This document shows positions 10,401 through 19,636 of a stretch of 64,000 nucleotides of DNA, piece by piece. Source of the stretch: Candidatus Melainabacteria bacterium. GTDB taxonomy: Bacteria > Cyanobacteriota > Vampirovibrionia > 2-02-FULL-35-15. The stretch is from the NCBI GenBank assembly GCA_023250155.1, contig JAHFBG010000010.1, forward strand, positions 17,832 through 81,831. Direction: 5' to 3'. The notes below the pieces were generated by a model that was not told where the DNA came from, did not search any database, and worked only from the letters and a program-made list of their open reading frames with translations. The position numbers were made by a program, and so were the translations under genes. Numbering within the stretch: the first letter of the stretch is position 1; each line of letters begins with the position of its first letter.

Positions 10401-13400
10401 GAGCTTCCTGAAGAAGAAGTACTAATTACACTAACGGCAATACCACCTGATGAACTTGAAGAATTTCCTGACGAGCTTGAGCTAGATGAACTAGATGATG
10501 AGCCTGAAGATGAACTGCTACTAGAAGATGATGATGAGACTATAGGAGAAAGGGCTTTACATGAGAATGGAATCTTTCCTACCTTACTACCACTAACAAA
10601 CCAAAGACCATCAACTCCTGTAATTAAGGCATTACCACCACCACCCAAAGATTCATAAACATAAGTATTGTCTTTAAGAGTATAAAGAGAAATCGTTCCA
10701 TCCTTTGTGATTTTTCCAACTTTATTGCCAGCAGGAAACCAAACATTTCCATCCCCGCCTAGTGTTAAACTTCTAGCATAAGTACTGTCTGCAATGTTAT
10801 AAAAAGAAACTGTTCCATCTTTTGTGATCTTTCCAACTTTATTGCCAGCAGGAAACCAGACATTACTATCCCCACCCAGTATTAAACTTCTGGCATAAGT
10901 ACTGTCTTTAAGAGTATAAAGAGAAACTTCTCCATCTTTTGTAATCTTTCCAACTTTATCACCAGCAGGGAACCAAACATTGCCATCCCCACCTAGTATT
11001 AAGCTTCTAGCATAAGTACTGTCTTTAAGAGTATAAAGAGAAACTTCTCCATCTTTTGTAATCTTTCCAATTTTGTCAGTAGCAGCAAACCAGATATTAC
11101 CATCTCCACCTAACACTAAAGAGTTTCCACTCTCAAGAGAATTGGAAGAAATATAAGCATTGTCTTTAAGAGTATAAATAGTGCTCTCTCCATCTTTTGT
11201 AATTTTTCCGATTTTATTGCCAACAGGAAACCAAACATTACCATCCCCACCTAGTACTAAACTTTTGGTAGAAACATTGTCTTTGAGAGTATAAATAGTG
11301 CTCTCTCCATCTTTTGTGATTTTTCCGATTTTAGTATCAGCCGCAAACCAGACATTACCATCTCCACCTAGTACTAAAGGGGTTCCACTGTCATAGAGAA
11401 AAGAAGAAATATAAGCATTGTCTTTAAGAGTATAAAGAGTGTTTTCACCATCTTTTGTAATCTTCCCAATTTTATTCCCAGAAGGAAACCAAATACTGCC
11501 ATCCCCTCCTAGCACTAAACTTCTGGCATAAGTATTGTCTTTAAGAGTATAAAGAGAAATATTCTCTGCTTTCAATTCTTCTGATGAACAGCTTGATCCA
11601 CTTAGAGATGGTATTGTAGGAGAAAGGGCTTTACATGAGAATGGAATCTTTCCTACCTTACTACCACTAACAAACCAAAGACCATCAACTCCTGTAATTA
11701 AGGCATTACCACCACCACCCAAAGATTCATAAACATAAGTATTGTCTTTAAGAGTATAAAGAGAAATCGTTCCATCCTTTGTGATTTTTCCAACTTTATT
11801 GCCAGCAGGAAACCAAACATTTCCATCCCCGCCTAGTGTTAAACTTCTAGCATAAGTACTGTCTGCAATGTTATAAAAAGAAACTGTTCCATCTTTTGTG
11901 ATCTTTCCAACTTTATTGCCAGCAGGAAACCAGACATTACTATCCCCACCCAGTATTAAACTTCTGGCATAAGTACTGTCTTTAAGAGTATAAAGAGAAA
12001 CTTCTCCATCTTTTGTAATCTTTCCAACTTTATCACCAGCAGGGAACCAAACATTGCCATCCCCACCTAGTATTAAGCTTCTAGCATAAGTACTGTCTTT
12101 AAGAGTATAAAGAGAAACTTCTCCATCTTTTGTAATCTTTCCAATTTTGTCAGTAGCAGCAAACCAGATATTACCATCTCCACCTAACACTAAAGAGTTT
12201 CCACTCTCAAGAGAATTGGAAGAAATATAAGCATTGTCTTTAAGAGTATAAATAGTGCTCTCTCCATCTTTTGTAATTTTTCCGATTTTATTGCCAACAG
12301 GAAACCAAACATTACCATCCCCACCTAGTACTAAACTTTTGGTAGAAACATTGTCTTTGAGAGTATAAATAGTGCTCTCTCCATCTTTTGTGATTTTTCC
12401 GATTTTAGTATCAGCCGCAAACCAGACATTACCATCTCCACCTAGTACTAAAGGGGTTCCACTGTCATAGAGAAAAGAAGAAATATAAGCATTGTCTTTA
12501 AGAGTATAAAGAGTGTTTTCACCATCTTTTGTAATCTTCCCAATTTTATTCCCAGAAGGAAACCAAATACTGCCATCCCCTCCTAGCACTAAACTTCTGG
12601 CATAAGTATTGTCTTTAAGAGTATAAAGAGAAATATTCTCTGCTTTCAATTCTTCTGATGAACAGCTTGATAATCCACCTGAAGAACTTGGCGATAAGCC
12701 AGAGCTACTAGAAGATCCGCTTGAAGAGCTTGAAGATAGACCAGAGCTACTGGAAGATCCACTTGATGAAGATGCTAGCAATAAACCACCTGATGAACTT
12801 GAAGAAGAAACAACACAATCTGCAAAACCAAGACAGCTAGATGGGTTTGTAGGACAACAACCATTTATACAACAAAGGGCTCCACACTGTGTATAAGTAC
12901 ACGAAGTAGTAGATGGTGGTACTGGGATACATGTGTTATTAAGAAGTGCAGAAACTTGAGTGGCACTAAGGGCATTGTCATAGATTCTTACTTCATCAAG
13001 TCGCCCATTAAACGAACGATCATATCCTGCCATTGCGCTTTGTCTGGCACCAACAGAAACTATATGTGTATTAGTATCTAAAGCACCTTGAGCAGTACTT
13101 GCACTATTATTTTCTGTACCATTAATATATATGCGTGAAGTGATTCCATCATAAGTAGCTGCTAAATGAGTCCATGCAGTTGAAATTCCACCAGTAGCAG
13201 TAACACCATATGAAGTTCCACCTTTCCAGAAGAAAAAGCGATATTGATTACCAGTGCAGTCTAAACACCAGACCTCACCACCATTTCCATTTCCTTTACA
13301 GGCAATGGCATTGTCATTTGTTTGGGTACTACTATTTGGTTTCACCCATGCAGCAATGGTAACATTAGAAACATTAAACGATGCGTTATTTCCCACGTCT

Positions 13401-13684
13401 ACATAATCATCAGCCCCATCAAGACTCAAACTATAAGAACTACCAAAACACCTATTTGGTATGTCTGTAATTGTTGAATATGTTGGTCCATTAGTTAGTG
13501 TCCCTGTATTAGTTCCTTGAGAGTCAGTTGCTGTAGTACCACTACCTTCTTCAAATGAATAATAAGAAACTAGAGCAGCATTAGCTGACATGACTTGCTG
13601 AAAAGAAAGAAGCAAACAAAGTATAACTTTAAAAAATACTTTAAATACTTGTGGTTTTAATTTAGAAGAGATTTTTTCTAACAT
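7460..13684 (-). CDS. Giant secreted multidomain protein (2074 aa): signal peptide, LamG-like lectin domain, Cys-rich module, two identical 358-aa blocks of eight ~42-aa beta-propeller-blade repeats, Vgb/streptogramin-lyase-like (NHL-like) beta-propeller region (NIWFTE...NKIGKI blades), Pro/Thr-rich segment and a ~100-aa polybasic C-terminal tail
   Basis: Single uninterrupted ORF. LamG signature LDGADDYVDVGN...RLDEVRIYDNALS. Repeated GKITKDGxxTxYTLKDN...LVLGGDGNVWF and GPDGNIWFTExxxNKIGKI blades. Poly-Ser linkers. C-terminal KKKRLRVKMRGG...KKKKKKSR. Confidence 0.85.
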   Translation of the reverse strand: MLEKISSKLKPQVFKVFFKVILCLLLSFQQVMSANAALVSYYSFEEGSGTTATDSQGTNTGTLTNGPTYSTITDIPNRCFGSSYSLSLDGADDYVDVGNNASFNVSNVTIAAWVKPNSSTQTNDNAIACKGNGNGGEVWCLDCTGNQYRFFFWKGGTSYGVTATGGISTAWTHLAATYDGITSRIYINGTENNSASTAQGALDTNTHIVSVGARQSAMAGYDRSFNGRLDEVRIYDNALSATQVSALLNNTCIPVPPSTTSCTYTQCGALCCINGCCPTNPSSCLGFADCVVSSSSSSGGLLLASSSSGSSSSSGLSSSSSSGSSSSSGLSPSSSGGLSSCSSEELKAENISLYTLKDNTYARSLVLGGDGSIWFPSGNKIGKITKDGENTLYTLKDNAYISSFLYDSGTPLVLGGDGNVWFAADTKIGKITKDGESTIYTLKDNVSTKSLVLGGDGNVWFPVGNKIGKITKDGESTIYTLKDNAYISSNSLESGNSLVLGGDGNIWFAATDKIGKITKDGEVSLYTLKDSTYARSLILGGDGNVWFPAGDKVGKITKDGEVSLYTLKDSTYARSLILGGDSNVWFPAGNKVGKITKDGTVSFYNIADSTYARSLTLGGDGNVWFPAGNKVGKITKDGTISLYTLKDNTYVYESLGGGGNALITGVDGLWFVSGSKVGKIPFSCKALSPTIPSLSGSSCSSEELKAENISLYTLKDNTYARSLVLGGDGSIWFPSGNKIGKITKDGENTLYTLKDNAYISSFLYDSGTPLVLGGDGNVWFAADTKIGKITKDGESTIYTLKDNVSTKSLVLGGDGNVWFPVGNKIGKITKDGESTIYTLKDNAYISSNSLESGNSLVLGGDGNIWFAATDKIGKITKDGEVSLYTLKDSTYARSLILGGDGNVWFPAGDKVGKITKDGEVSLYTLKDSTYARSLILGGDSNVWFPAGNKVGKITKDGTVSFYNIADSTYARSLTLGGDGNVWFPAGNKVGKITKDGTISLYTLKDNTYVYESLGGGGNALITGVDGLWFVSGSKVGKIPFSCKALSPIVSSSSSSSSSSSGSSSSSSSSSSSGNSSSSSGGIAVSVISTSSSGSSSSSSSSSSSSSGSPEEDISGQCPINKTQKFELKSASNPLNIILGSDGNLWFTEAGRNQIGKIADNGDITEYKVPTQGSYPFNLTVGSDNNIWFTEFDANKIGRITKDGDFTEYKIPTLKSKPIGITSGPDGNIWFTERDGNKIGKIIVQQSLQPILGAPTFSDIIEYKIPTQDSNPYGIVAGPSGDIWFTEFDANKIGRITRDGSVVEYKIPTQDSSPYGIALGLDDNVWFTEKDGNRIGKIDSNNGNITEYKIPADCSPANIITGPDGSLWFTEKTQKNKSRIWRLTTDGDFFKYAPTTNFTKPSSLAFGPDNDLWFTEPSTNVIGRASFACKFVPPVVVVLSSSSSGLLSGPILQKHDIPTVASNPFGITKGLDGSLWFTEVGKNKIGQASINGQITEYDLPQNDSGPLNITTAFDGNIWFTEKLKNKVGKISSDGMITELDVSSTTTDIATGSDGNLWFGETAKKIGTVAIDGRITEFDVPDVPAYLSLGPDGDIWFTESSKNKIGKIAIDGRVAEFDIPTISSLPSDLTLGPDNNLWFIESGAKKIGKIAIDGSVIEFNLPIDSGLPNRITVGPDGNIWFTIKGKNNDGLGKVSLNGDITTYNLPKKFSTPNDITSGPDRNLWFTIDDEVIPSANTTPSTIIELKDSIGTFIVSLLPVLSPPASPGPVTNTSTTSSGGGTGLNTLGGVSSSSGTVVVNPTPPTNPISNPPAPNPPPPVVENIPVVSSEPISVPNIVNGTMVSTFDSSQLIAGSENAIFLRNLTGNIKDLITNTNQNIFVQITDNAGKIHKVQASVYLPPGAEDSPLLITDLVPEDLTDTALLNLVILVGDAPVAQTVVSVVKPRIDSTSPISVVNKPLNTLQPVIEQIKVFRKKKRLRVKMRGGNFFRAKRVLVNKRKKIRKKVAQTIFEIIPSENLVFKKRFIGKGRRKANVLFTILDKNIKGEFVLVITNPYGRTVKLIEVPQRAKKKKKKSR
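10543..12671 (-). repeat. Two tandem, nucleotide-identical 1074-bp units (358 codons each) inside the giant gene
   Basis: Segments checked at 10561/11635, 10981/12055 and at the unit ends are identical at DNA level. Unit boundaries diverge at 10542/11616 and 11598/12672. Confidence 0.85.
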
Positions 13685-13805
13685 ACTGTCAATTTGCTTT
13701 TTCGTATCTTAGTATATTAAATAAAATAATATAAGCAATTTGAAACATTTGTTATATGAGATTAGTTATAATAGCTTAATAAAGAATAAAAACTAAATAC
13801 TTGAC

Positions 13806-13994
13806 TTAATCTTCAAATATTGTAGCTTCTTCTATAAATGCAATAGCTGGAAATAAGTGTTCTTGAGTATTTGGAACCATTTCTTCTATTAATACCCAGG
13901 CTTTTTTTTGAGTGGATTCACTAGATTCATCTTTAATAACAAAAGATGGATATTTTTTAGTTGTATCTATTATAGGAATTACCTTTAGATTCAT
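13806..13994 (-). CDS. Hypothetical small protein
   Basis: 62-aa ORF only. Confidence 0.25.
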   Translation of the reverse strand: MNLKVIPIIDTTKKYPSFVIKDESSESTQKKAWVLIEEMVPNTQEHLFPAIAFIEEATIFED

Positions 13995-14053
13995 TTTTTA
14001 ATGGTTGCATATTGTCTTTTGATTGTAAATAGAATTTAAATTCTATAATTATT

Positions 14054-14353
14054 CTATTTGTCGTCTTGATTAAACAATTCATATGCCATAGATGAAAAAT
14101 TTCTAAGGATCTCACTGTAATTGTTTTTTGATAACTCCTGAAGTATTTCCAGAAGTTTTGGAATATCATCTTTTTGAAATGCCCACCTTCCACAAAGTAC
14201 TAAATCTAAAGTGTATTCAGCATAGATTAGATTGTATGCTTGTAGTCGTTCATCAATAAACTTATTAATATCTTTAACTAGGATTGGACTACCTTGCTTT
14301 TTAGGAAAGGCTCTTTGTATATATACCTGCTGATTTAGTGATTTTACTTGCAT
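14054..14353 (-). CDS. Hypothetical protein
   Basis: 99-aa ORF with non-low-complexity composition. Confidence 0.4.
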   Translation of the reverse strand: MQVKSLNQQVYIQRAFPKKQGSPILVKDINKFIDERLQAYNLIYAEYTLDLVLCGRWAFQKDDIPKLLEILQELSKNNYSEILRNFSSMAYELFNQDDK

Positions 14354-14504
14354 GGATATGATTATCCAATAGTACTTACCAAGAAAGTGAAAACTTTATT
14401 TTTGCTTTAGAATTGAATTAGTAAAGATTAGAGTTCATCTAGCTTTACAAGCTTACAAACCTAATTTTAAGTAATAAGAAGTAGTAAGATATAAAAACAA
14501 TAAA

Positions 14505-15056
14505 ATGCAAATCCCAAAACACTACCAATCACTATTTATAAGATTTATACGATTTGCTTGTGGAATGACAATTTTTGCACTACTTAGTGGAATTCTTTTT
14601 CAGGAGTCAACAAAAAAAATACCTTTTAGTGCAACCTATCCACCAGGGATTCATTTGGAGTCAACTTATCATTTAGCACTAGTTCATGGACATGCTTTTT
14701 TAATTGGAGTATTAATACCATTAGCAGTAATTGGGATGTTGTATTTTGGACTTTTATTAGGTGGAAAAACTGTCTCTAAAAACCAAACAGAATGGGGTTC
14801 ATGGCTTTATTTACCTAGTGCATTTTTATCTATAATGCTTATGATTTATAAAGGATATCATTATGTCCTTTCTGTCCGTATGGGGCAATTAGACTTTGTA
14901 CAAATAGATCATAGTTTTTTCGGGGGCTCACATTTGCTTAGGCAAATAGTTTATGGTTTATCTCATACATCAATGTCAATAGGACTAGGCATTTTAGTCA
15001 TTGCAATCTGGAGAAGCTTGTCTGGTTTAAAATTTACAGAAACCAAGACTGATTAA
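14505..15056 (+). CDS. Hypothetical integral membrane protein
   Basis: 183 aa with several hydrophobic helices. Confidence 0.5.
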   Translation: MQIPKHYQSLFIRFIRFACGMTIFALLSGILFQESTKKIPFSATYPPGIHLESTYHLALVHGHAFLIGVLIPLAVIGMLYFGLLLGGKTVSKNQTEWGSWLYLPSAFLSIMLMIYKGYHYVLSVRMGQLDFVQIDHSFFGGSHLLRQIVYGLSHTSMSIGLGILVIAIWRSLSGLKFTETKTD

Positions 15057-15108
15057 TTGTTTTTTTCTTAATTTTGTATATATTATTCTAAAAAGTTATA
15101 ATGCTTTC

Positions 15109-15849
15109 ATGTCAACACTTCGCATAATAGATGGAGCAGATCTCCAATTTCGGGACAAACGAGGACTTCCATTTTACGATAATGCAGATTACTGTGATCA
15201 GAAACAAACACAACAAAAAGACGAACTTTTTATTCAAACAGATAGAGAGTTTTCAGCATATAAATCATTCTTTTATTTGAACAAAAATAAACTTGAAGGT
15301 AAAAAGATCTTAAATGTAGGTGGTGGTATAAAAGATTTATTTGGTAGAGAAGCTGCACTATATGGTGCAGAGGTATACTCTATTTCTCCTGCATATAAAT
15401 TAAAAAAATATAGTACTCCTCTACAAAGAGGAGTACGTGGAAAACCAGAATTAAAATATACTGGCAGATGCATTGCTGCTCGTGCACAAAACCTCCCATT
15501 TCCTGATGATACTTTTGATTATGTTCTTGCATTTAACTCTATCCCTTGTTATGTGAATCTTCTTGAGGATTTATATCTTGGAATGAAGGAAATGGTAAGA
15601 GTCGTTAAACCGAATCATGAAATAATGATTGCATCAATGATGGATTATAGAAATGAACTAGGTCCTGTGATTAGAAAATGGCTTCGAGATATTGAGTGTA
15701 AAGTTTATAAAAAAGATATTGAAGTACTTGGTATTAGAAAAAAACATCCAGGAGTTTATCCACCAGGTGTTCTGCCTAAAAGTAATTCCTTAAATCTTTC
15801 TACTCATCATGAAAATACTTTTTGGACTAAACAAGGCTTTCTTGCTTAG
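15109..15849 (+). CDS. Class I SAM-dependent methyltransferase-like protein
   Basis: Motif I-like ILNVGGGIK, motif II LPFPDDTFDYVLAF, motif III LKEMVRVVKPNHEIMIA. Confidence 0.6.
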   Translation: MSTLRIIDGADLQFRDKRGLPFYDNADYCDQKQTQQKDELFIQTDREFSAYKSFFYLNKNKLEGKKILNVGGGIKDLFGREAALYGAEVYSISPAYKLKKYSTPLQRGVRGKPELKYTGRCIAARAQNLPFPDDTFDYVLAFNSIPCYVNLLEDLYLGMKEMVRVVKPNHEIMIASMMDYRNELGPVIRKWLRDIECKVYKKDIEVLGIRKKHPGVYPPGVLPKSNSLNLSTHHENTFWTKQGFLA

Positions 15850-15912
15850 TAAATTAACAAACCTCTTATTTCATTATTATAGATATAATGTTTTTATAAA
15901 CCTGGTGAATAA

Positions 15913-16455
15913 ATGGCTTTAACTTATATTGGAAAACAAATAAAAATTAGAAGACACAAACTTTCTGATGCAGATGATATTTATAGAAATATAAGTGACA
16001 AAACAATTTATAGATTTACAAGAACAATTCCATACCCATACAAGAAAAGAGATGCAATCGACTTTGTAGAAAGCACTGCCGGACTAAGAAACAAGAAATC
16101 AGCATATCAATTTGCAATAGCAGAAAAAATAACTGATAAAGTAATTGGTGGGATTGGTCTTATGAACTTTGATTGGAAGAATAAAAATGCAGAATTGGGT
16201 TATTGGATAGGCAAGAAATATCGAGGTAAAGGTTATGCACCAGAGGCAATAAACCTAATCTTAAAGTTTGGGTTTAAAGAACTGAAGCTAAATAGAATTT
16301 GGGCTGCTGCATTTGAGACAAATATTTCTTCAATTAAGGTTTTAAAGAAAACTAATTTTAAATATGAAGGCTTGATGCGAAAAACCGTTCTTAAACTTGG
16401 TAAATGGCAAAATCAAGTTATGTATTCTATGCTTAGCTCTGAGTTTAAACCATAA
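15913..16455 (+). CDS. GNAT family N-acetyltransferase (RimJ/RimL-like)
   Basis: QFAIAEK...VIGGIGL...GYWIGKKYRGKGYAPEA...WAAAFETNISSIKVLKKTNFKYEG pattern of RimJ/L-type GNATs. Confidence 0.8.
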   Translation: MALTYIGKQIKIRRHKLSDADDIYRNISDKTIYRFTRTIPYPYKKRDAIDFVESTAGLRNKKSAYQFAIAEKITDKVIGGIGLMNFDWKNKNAELGYWIGKKYRGKGYAPEAINLILKFGFKELKLNRIWAAAFETNISSIKVLKKTNFKYEGLMRKTVLKLGKWQNQVMYSMLSSEFKP

Positions 16456-16465
16456 GAGATAAGCA

Positions 16466-16666
16466 ATGACTGAAATTGTTAAATACAGACAGTTGCATGA
16501 AGATGATTTTGAAGAAATCTATAATGTTGCTTTTGAAGCATGGAGTTATACATACAAAGACATTGTTACATCTTCCTATATAAAAAATTCTATTGATAAA
16601 TTTTACTCACCTGAAGTACTTCAAAAACATAACCTATTCTACTTAGTCTTGGACTGTTTAGGTTAA
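16466..16666 (+). pseudogene. Truncated GNAT-like N-terminal fragment (66 codons)
   Basis: Short ORF. Its first ~40 codons are duplicated in degraded form at 17940-17990. Ends abruptly. Confidence 0.45.
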
Positions 16667-16715
16667 AATATCTACGTAATGTAATGTTTTCTGTAAGTCA
16701 AAAAATGAGGGATAT

Positions 16716-17801
16716 ATGAAAAAACAATTAATAGTTTCTATAGCATTAACAATACTTTTTTTTACAACCAATAAGTCTTTTAGTGAGGTTTTAGTAAACA
16801 CTGGTGGTAAAAGTAATGGTGCTTCATTAGCAGGAGAAGCTGGACCAAAAGGAATAAATCAAACTGTTACATTAAGAAAATCAGGTGGAAGTATTAAACA
16901 AGCAAAAGCAAGAGGACTGTTTTCAAAGACTAATGTAAATCTTGGAAATCAAGTGGTTTCTAGAGGTACGAAAGGTGATCCAAAATTAACTCATGTAGAT
17001 GCAAATTCTATATTTGCTGGAACAGGTACATTTATGTCAGATGATGGCAATCCAGTAGAAAACTTTACAATCGGACTCGATGTTCATGGAATATTGAAGT
17101 GTAAATCAAATGCAATGAGTACCTTTTTTTCAATTGCTCAAACTGGTGTAGAACTAATCATAGATGATGACTCAAAGTTTTCGGGTACAGCTACACAAGA
17201 TGGTACAGGACCATTCTTTGACTCTGGTGATTTAAAAGGACAGTTTCAAATGGGGGCTAACATAGCAATGATAACTAAACAATTCCCAATAAATCTCGGG
17301 ACATTGGAAGATGGACAAAAACTGCCTTTCCTTTTTATTGGTACAACACTCGTTTCTTATGGAGAAATGGTTGGGATTAAATTTTGCTCAGCAGATTTTC
17401 TTAAAACTTCTTCATTTGAACCTTTAGCTGGGCAAAAAGGGGCATTAGATCTTAAAGCTGGTAAACAAGTCATTGTCATTTATATTGACAGTGATACTTC
17501 TATTGTTAGTGGTAATGAAAAACTTTTAATTGAAAGTCAAGATTCCAACTTGATAAGTAATATTAAACCAGGCAGTATTAAAGTTATTTTTCCTACTAAT
17601 GTAACCTATGATGCCAATACGGGGACTCCAGGAGACCTTAATTCTAATGGTCTTACAGATAGTGAGCTAACTGTAGGTGGCTCATCAACTACTCTTGCAA
17701 CAACTATTTCTACAAGAGGAATTAATACATTAGTGGTTTATGGACAAACAACAACTGGTGAAACTTTCTATGGATTACTCGATGTAAGTAAATTAAAATA
17801 A
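16716..17801 (+). CDS. Hypothetical secreted protein (signal peptide)
   Basis: 361 aa. MKKQLIVSIALTILFFTT signal-like N-terminus. No domain recognised. Confidence 0.6.
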   Translation: MKKQLIVSIALTILFFTTNKSFSEVLVNTGGKSNGASLAGEAGPKGINQTVTLRKSGGSIKQAKARGLFSKTNVNLGNQVVSRGTKGDPKLTHVDANSIFAGTGTFMSDDGNPVENFTIGLDVHGILKCKSNAMSTFFSIAQTGVELIIDDDSKFSGTATQDGTGPFFDSGDLKGQFQMGANIAMITKQFPINLGTLEDGQKLPFLFIGTTLVSYGEMVGIKFCSADFLKTSSFEPLAGQKGALDLKAGKQVIVIYIDSDTSIVSGNEKLLIESQDSNLISNIKPGSIKVIFPTNVTYDANTGTPGDLNSNGLTDSELTVGGSSTTLATTISTRGINTLVVYGQTTTGETFYGLLDVSKLK

Positions 17802-17827
17802 TTAGACTTGAAAAGAAAGTGCTGGTA

Positions 17828-17999
17828 GTCTTACCCTGCACCATATCACTCCACCTTGACAAGCAATATAAAGAATTGCTAACTCTCCTTTGTTTGGTTC
17901 CATGTATTCAATGCTTAGCTCTGAGTTTAAACCATCAGAGATAAATGATGATTTTGAAGAAATCTATAATGTTGCTTTTGCAAGCATGGAATCATACAT
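17828..17999. pseudogene. Mosaic of decayed fragments: a ~70-bp degraded copy of the doxX 3' end (17828-17895) followed by a degraded copy of the GNAT stop/start junction (17901-17999, with an internal ~40-bp deletion)
   Basis: Direct comparison: 17901-17999 vs 16419-16550 and 17828-17895 vs 18001-18075, both about 80-90% identical. Confidence 0.55.
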
Positions 18000-18385
18000 T
18001 ATTCTTTCTTATCCAGACACCATGTCACTCCGCCATGACAGGCAATGCAAAGAAAAACAAAGCAATAAAGTGCTGCTAATTCTCCTTTATTAACCGCTGG
18101 AAAAAACTCAGATCCTAGTCGAAATTGCCAATGAAACTGAAAATAAGCTACAGCCATGGTACCACTTGCTAAGAAAGCGGCCCATCTGGTTTGTAAGCCT
18201 ATCATCACAAGCAAGCCACAGATTAGTTCAATAATTCCACCAAACCAATGTTGAGATCCTATAGGAGGCTGAAAGTCAGCTAGAATACCAAAAATTTTCT
18301 GAACTCCATGAAACAAGAACATAAATCCTGTTACAATTCGCATTAATGCATAAGCTTGATTACTATATTTAGCAAGCTGTTTCAT
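17999..18385 (-). CDS. DoxX family membrane protein
   Basis: MRIVTGFMFLFHGVQKIFG ... GGIIELICGLLVMIGLQTRWAA, typical DoxX. Confidence 0.75.
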   Translation of the reverse strand: MKQLAKYSNQAYALMRIVTGFMFLFHGVQKIFGILADFQPPIGSQHWFGGIIELICGLLVMIGLQTRWAAFLASGTMAVAYFQFHWQFRLGSEFFPAVNKGELAALYCFVFLCIACHGGVTWCLDKKE

Positions 18386-18576
18386 TTATTCCCTCCTTAT
18401 GTTTGATTTTTAAATTATAAGCTTTTCAAAACCAAATGATTTGAAGTTGTTATCTTTTATTTGATTGAACATTATTTAAAATGTTTCTATAGGTTCTCCC
18501 CTAATTAAAAATAATTAAAATGGGAAAAGTTATTACTAGGTTATAAATATTTATTTCAGAAAGTGAGAGGTTAATT

Positions 18577-18918
18577 ATGTCTGGGCTGAATCGATATAAA
18601 ATAAAAAAATTCTTTACCGTTAAAAATATTTTTCTACTTATTTTACTTATTGGAGCTATTGTTTTTAATAACAGCATTAAACCAAAGCCTAGCGCCATAG
18701 CAAATCAATATAAACAACCCTCAAAACCAATCAATATTGTAGCTGCTATAAAAGCTGCACCCGTTACTATTCCAGCCGCTATAAAATCTGCTCAAAAGAA
18801 TATAAGTGATATTGCACAATCTCCTGAAAAGGCTAGAAACTTTCTTGGCGATAAAGTTAAAGAAGGTAAACAAAATTTTAAAGATGCAACTTCAGCACTA
18901 CAACCAAAAAGACGTTAG
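18577..18918 (+). CDS. Hypothetical membrane-anchored protein
   Basis: 113 aa with a single N-terminal TM segment. Confidence 0.4.
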   Translation: MSGLNRYKIKKFFTVKNIFLLILLIGAIVFNNSIKPKPSAIANQYKQPSKPINIVAAIKAAPVTIPAAIKSAQKNISDIAQSPEKARNFLGDKVKEGKQNFKDATSALQPKRR

Positions 18919-19191
18919 TATTGTTGTTCTAGAATTTTTAACATCTCAGAAAAGACTAACTCTCTTTGACAAAATCCTGCTTCAAATGCTTTAGCCAATA
19001 ACTCATAGTCAGAACAAAATGTTCTAAAATGCTGCTGCTCGCTCTTCGTTTGAATCTCTCCCGCCCAAGGCTCGATTAATTCTTCATGGGTCATACGATG
19101 TATTTTTAACAACATTAATCTTCTTTTAAATTAAAAGATATATTTTAAATGTTAACAATGCAGTTAGAACAAATTCAATTAAGGAAGAAAT

Positions 19192-19632
19192 ATGGGTACA
19201 GAAATAAATGGGATTCAAAACGTTATGGCACAAGGGTTAAATCATTCACAAAATTTAGAGACTCTCAATACAGTAACATCAGAAGGAATGCTCTATGACA
19301 AATATAATAAGTTGACAGATAAGAGACTAGGTCTTCGCCCACCTGATGCAGATTTTCATGATGATCCTAAACTGATAAATGCTATTTCCCAAGAAGGAGC
19401 ATCCCTTGCAAAGTACTATAGTGAACATCAAGACATAAACACACAAAAAGAAAAAGAACTCTTTAGAAACCTGGAAATTCTAGTGGGTAGAGGAGGGATA
19501 AGGACTTCTAGTCCTGAGCAAATTAAAGCAGTTAGAGAATTTCTAAAAAGTTCTGAGGCATTTAAGCCAAATGGAGAATTTAATTTCGATGGATTAATGC
19601 AAGCTTACCAACCAGGATTTCAAATTATGTAG
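19192..19632 (+). CDS. Hypothetical protein
   Basis: 146-aa ORF. Confidence 0.45.
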   Translation: MGTEINGIQNVMAQGLNHSQNLETLNTVTSEGMLYDKYNKLTDKRLGLRPPDADFHDDPKLINAISQEGASLAKYYSEHQDINTQKEKELFRNLEILVGRGGIRTSSPEQIKAVREFLKSSEAFKPNGEFNFDGLMQAYQPGFQIM

Positions 19633-19636
19633 AATT

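Noticed and set aside
10330-10540. Possible CRISPR-like or satellite periodicity in the gagcttgaagatgagct... stretch
   Set aside because: It is in-frame poly-Ser coding sequence (SSSSSGSSSSSS linkers) of the giant gene. There are no spacer-repeat structure and no cas genes anywhere in the window.
17890-18093. 67-aa ORF MFGSMYSMLSSEFKPSEINDDFEEIYNVAF...
   Set aside because: A chimeric read-through across degraded copies of the GNAT1 C-terminus, the GNAT2 N-terminus and the antisense of the doxX 3' end. Interpreted as a pseudogene remnant, not a gene.
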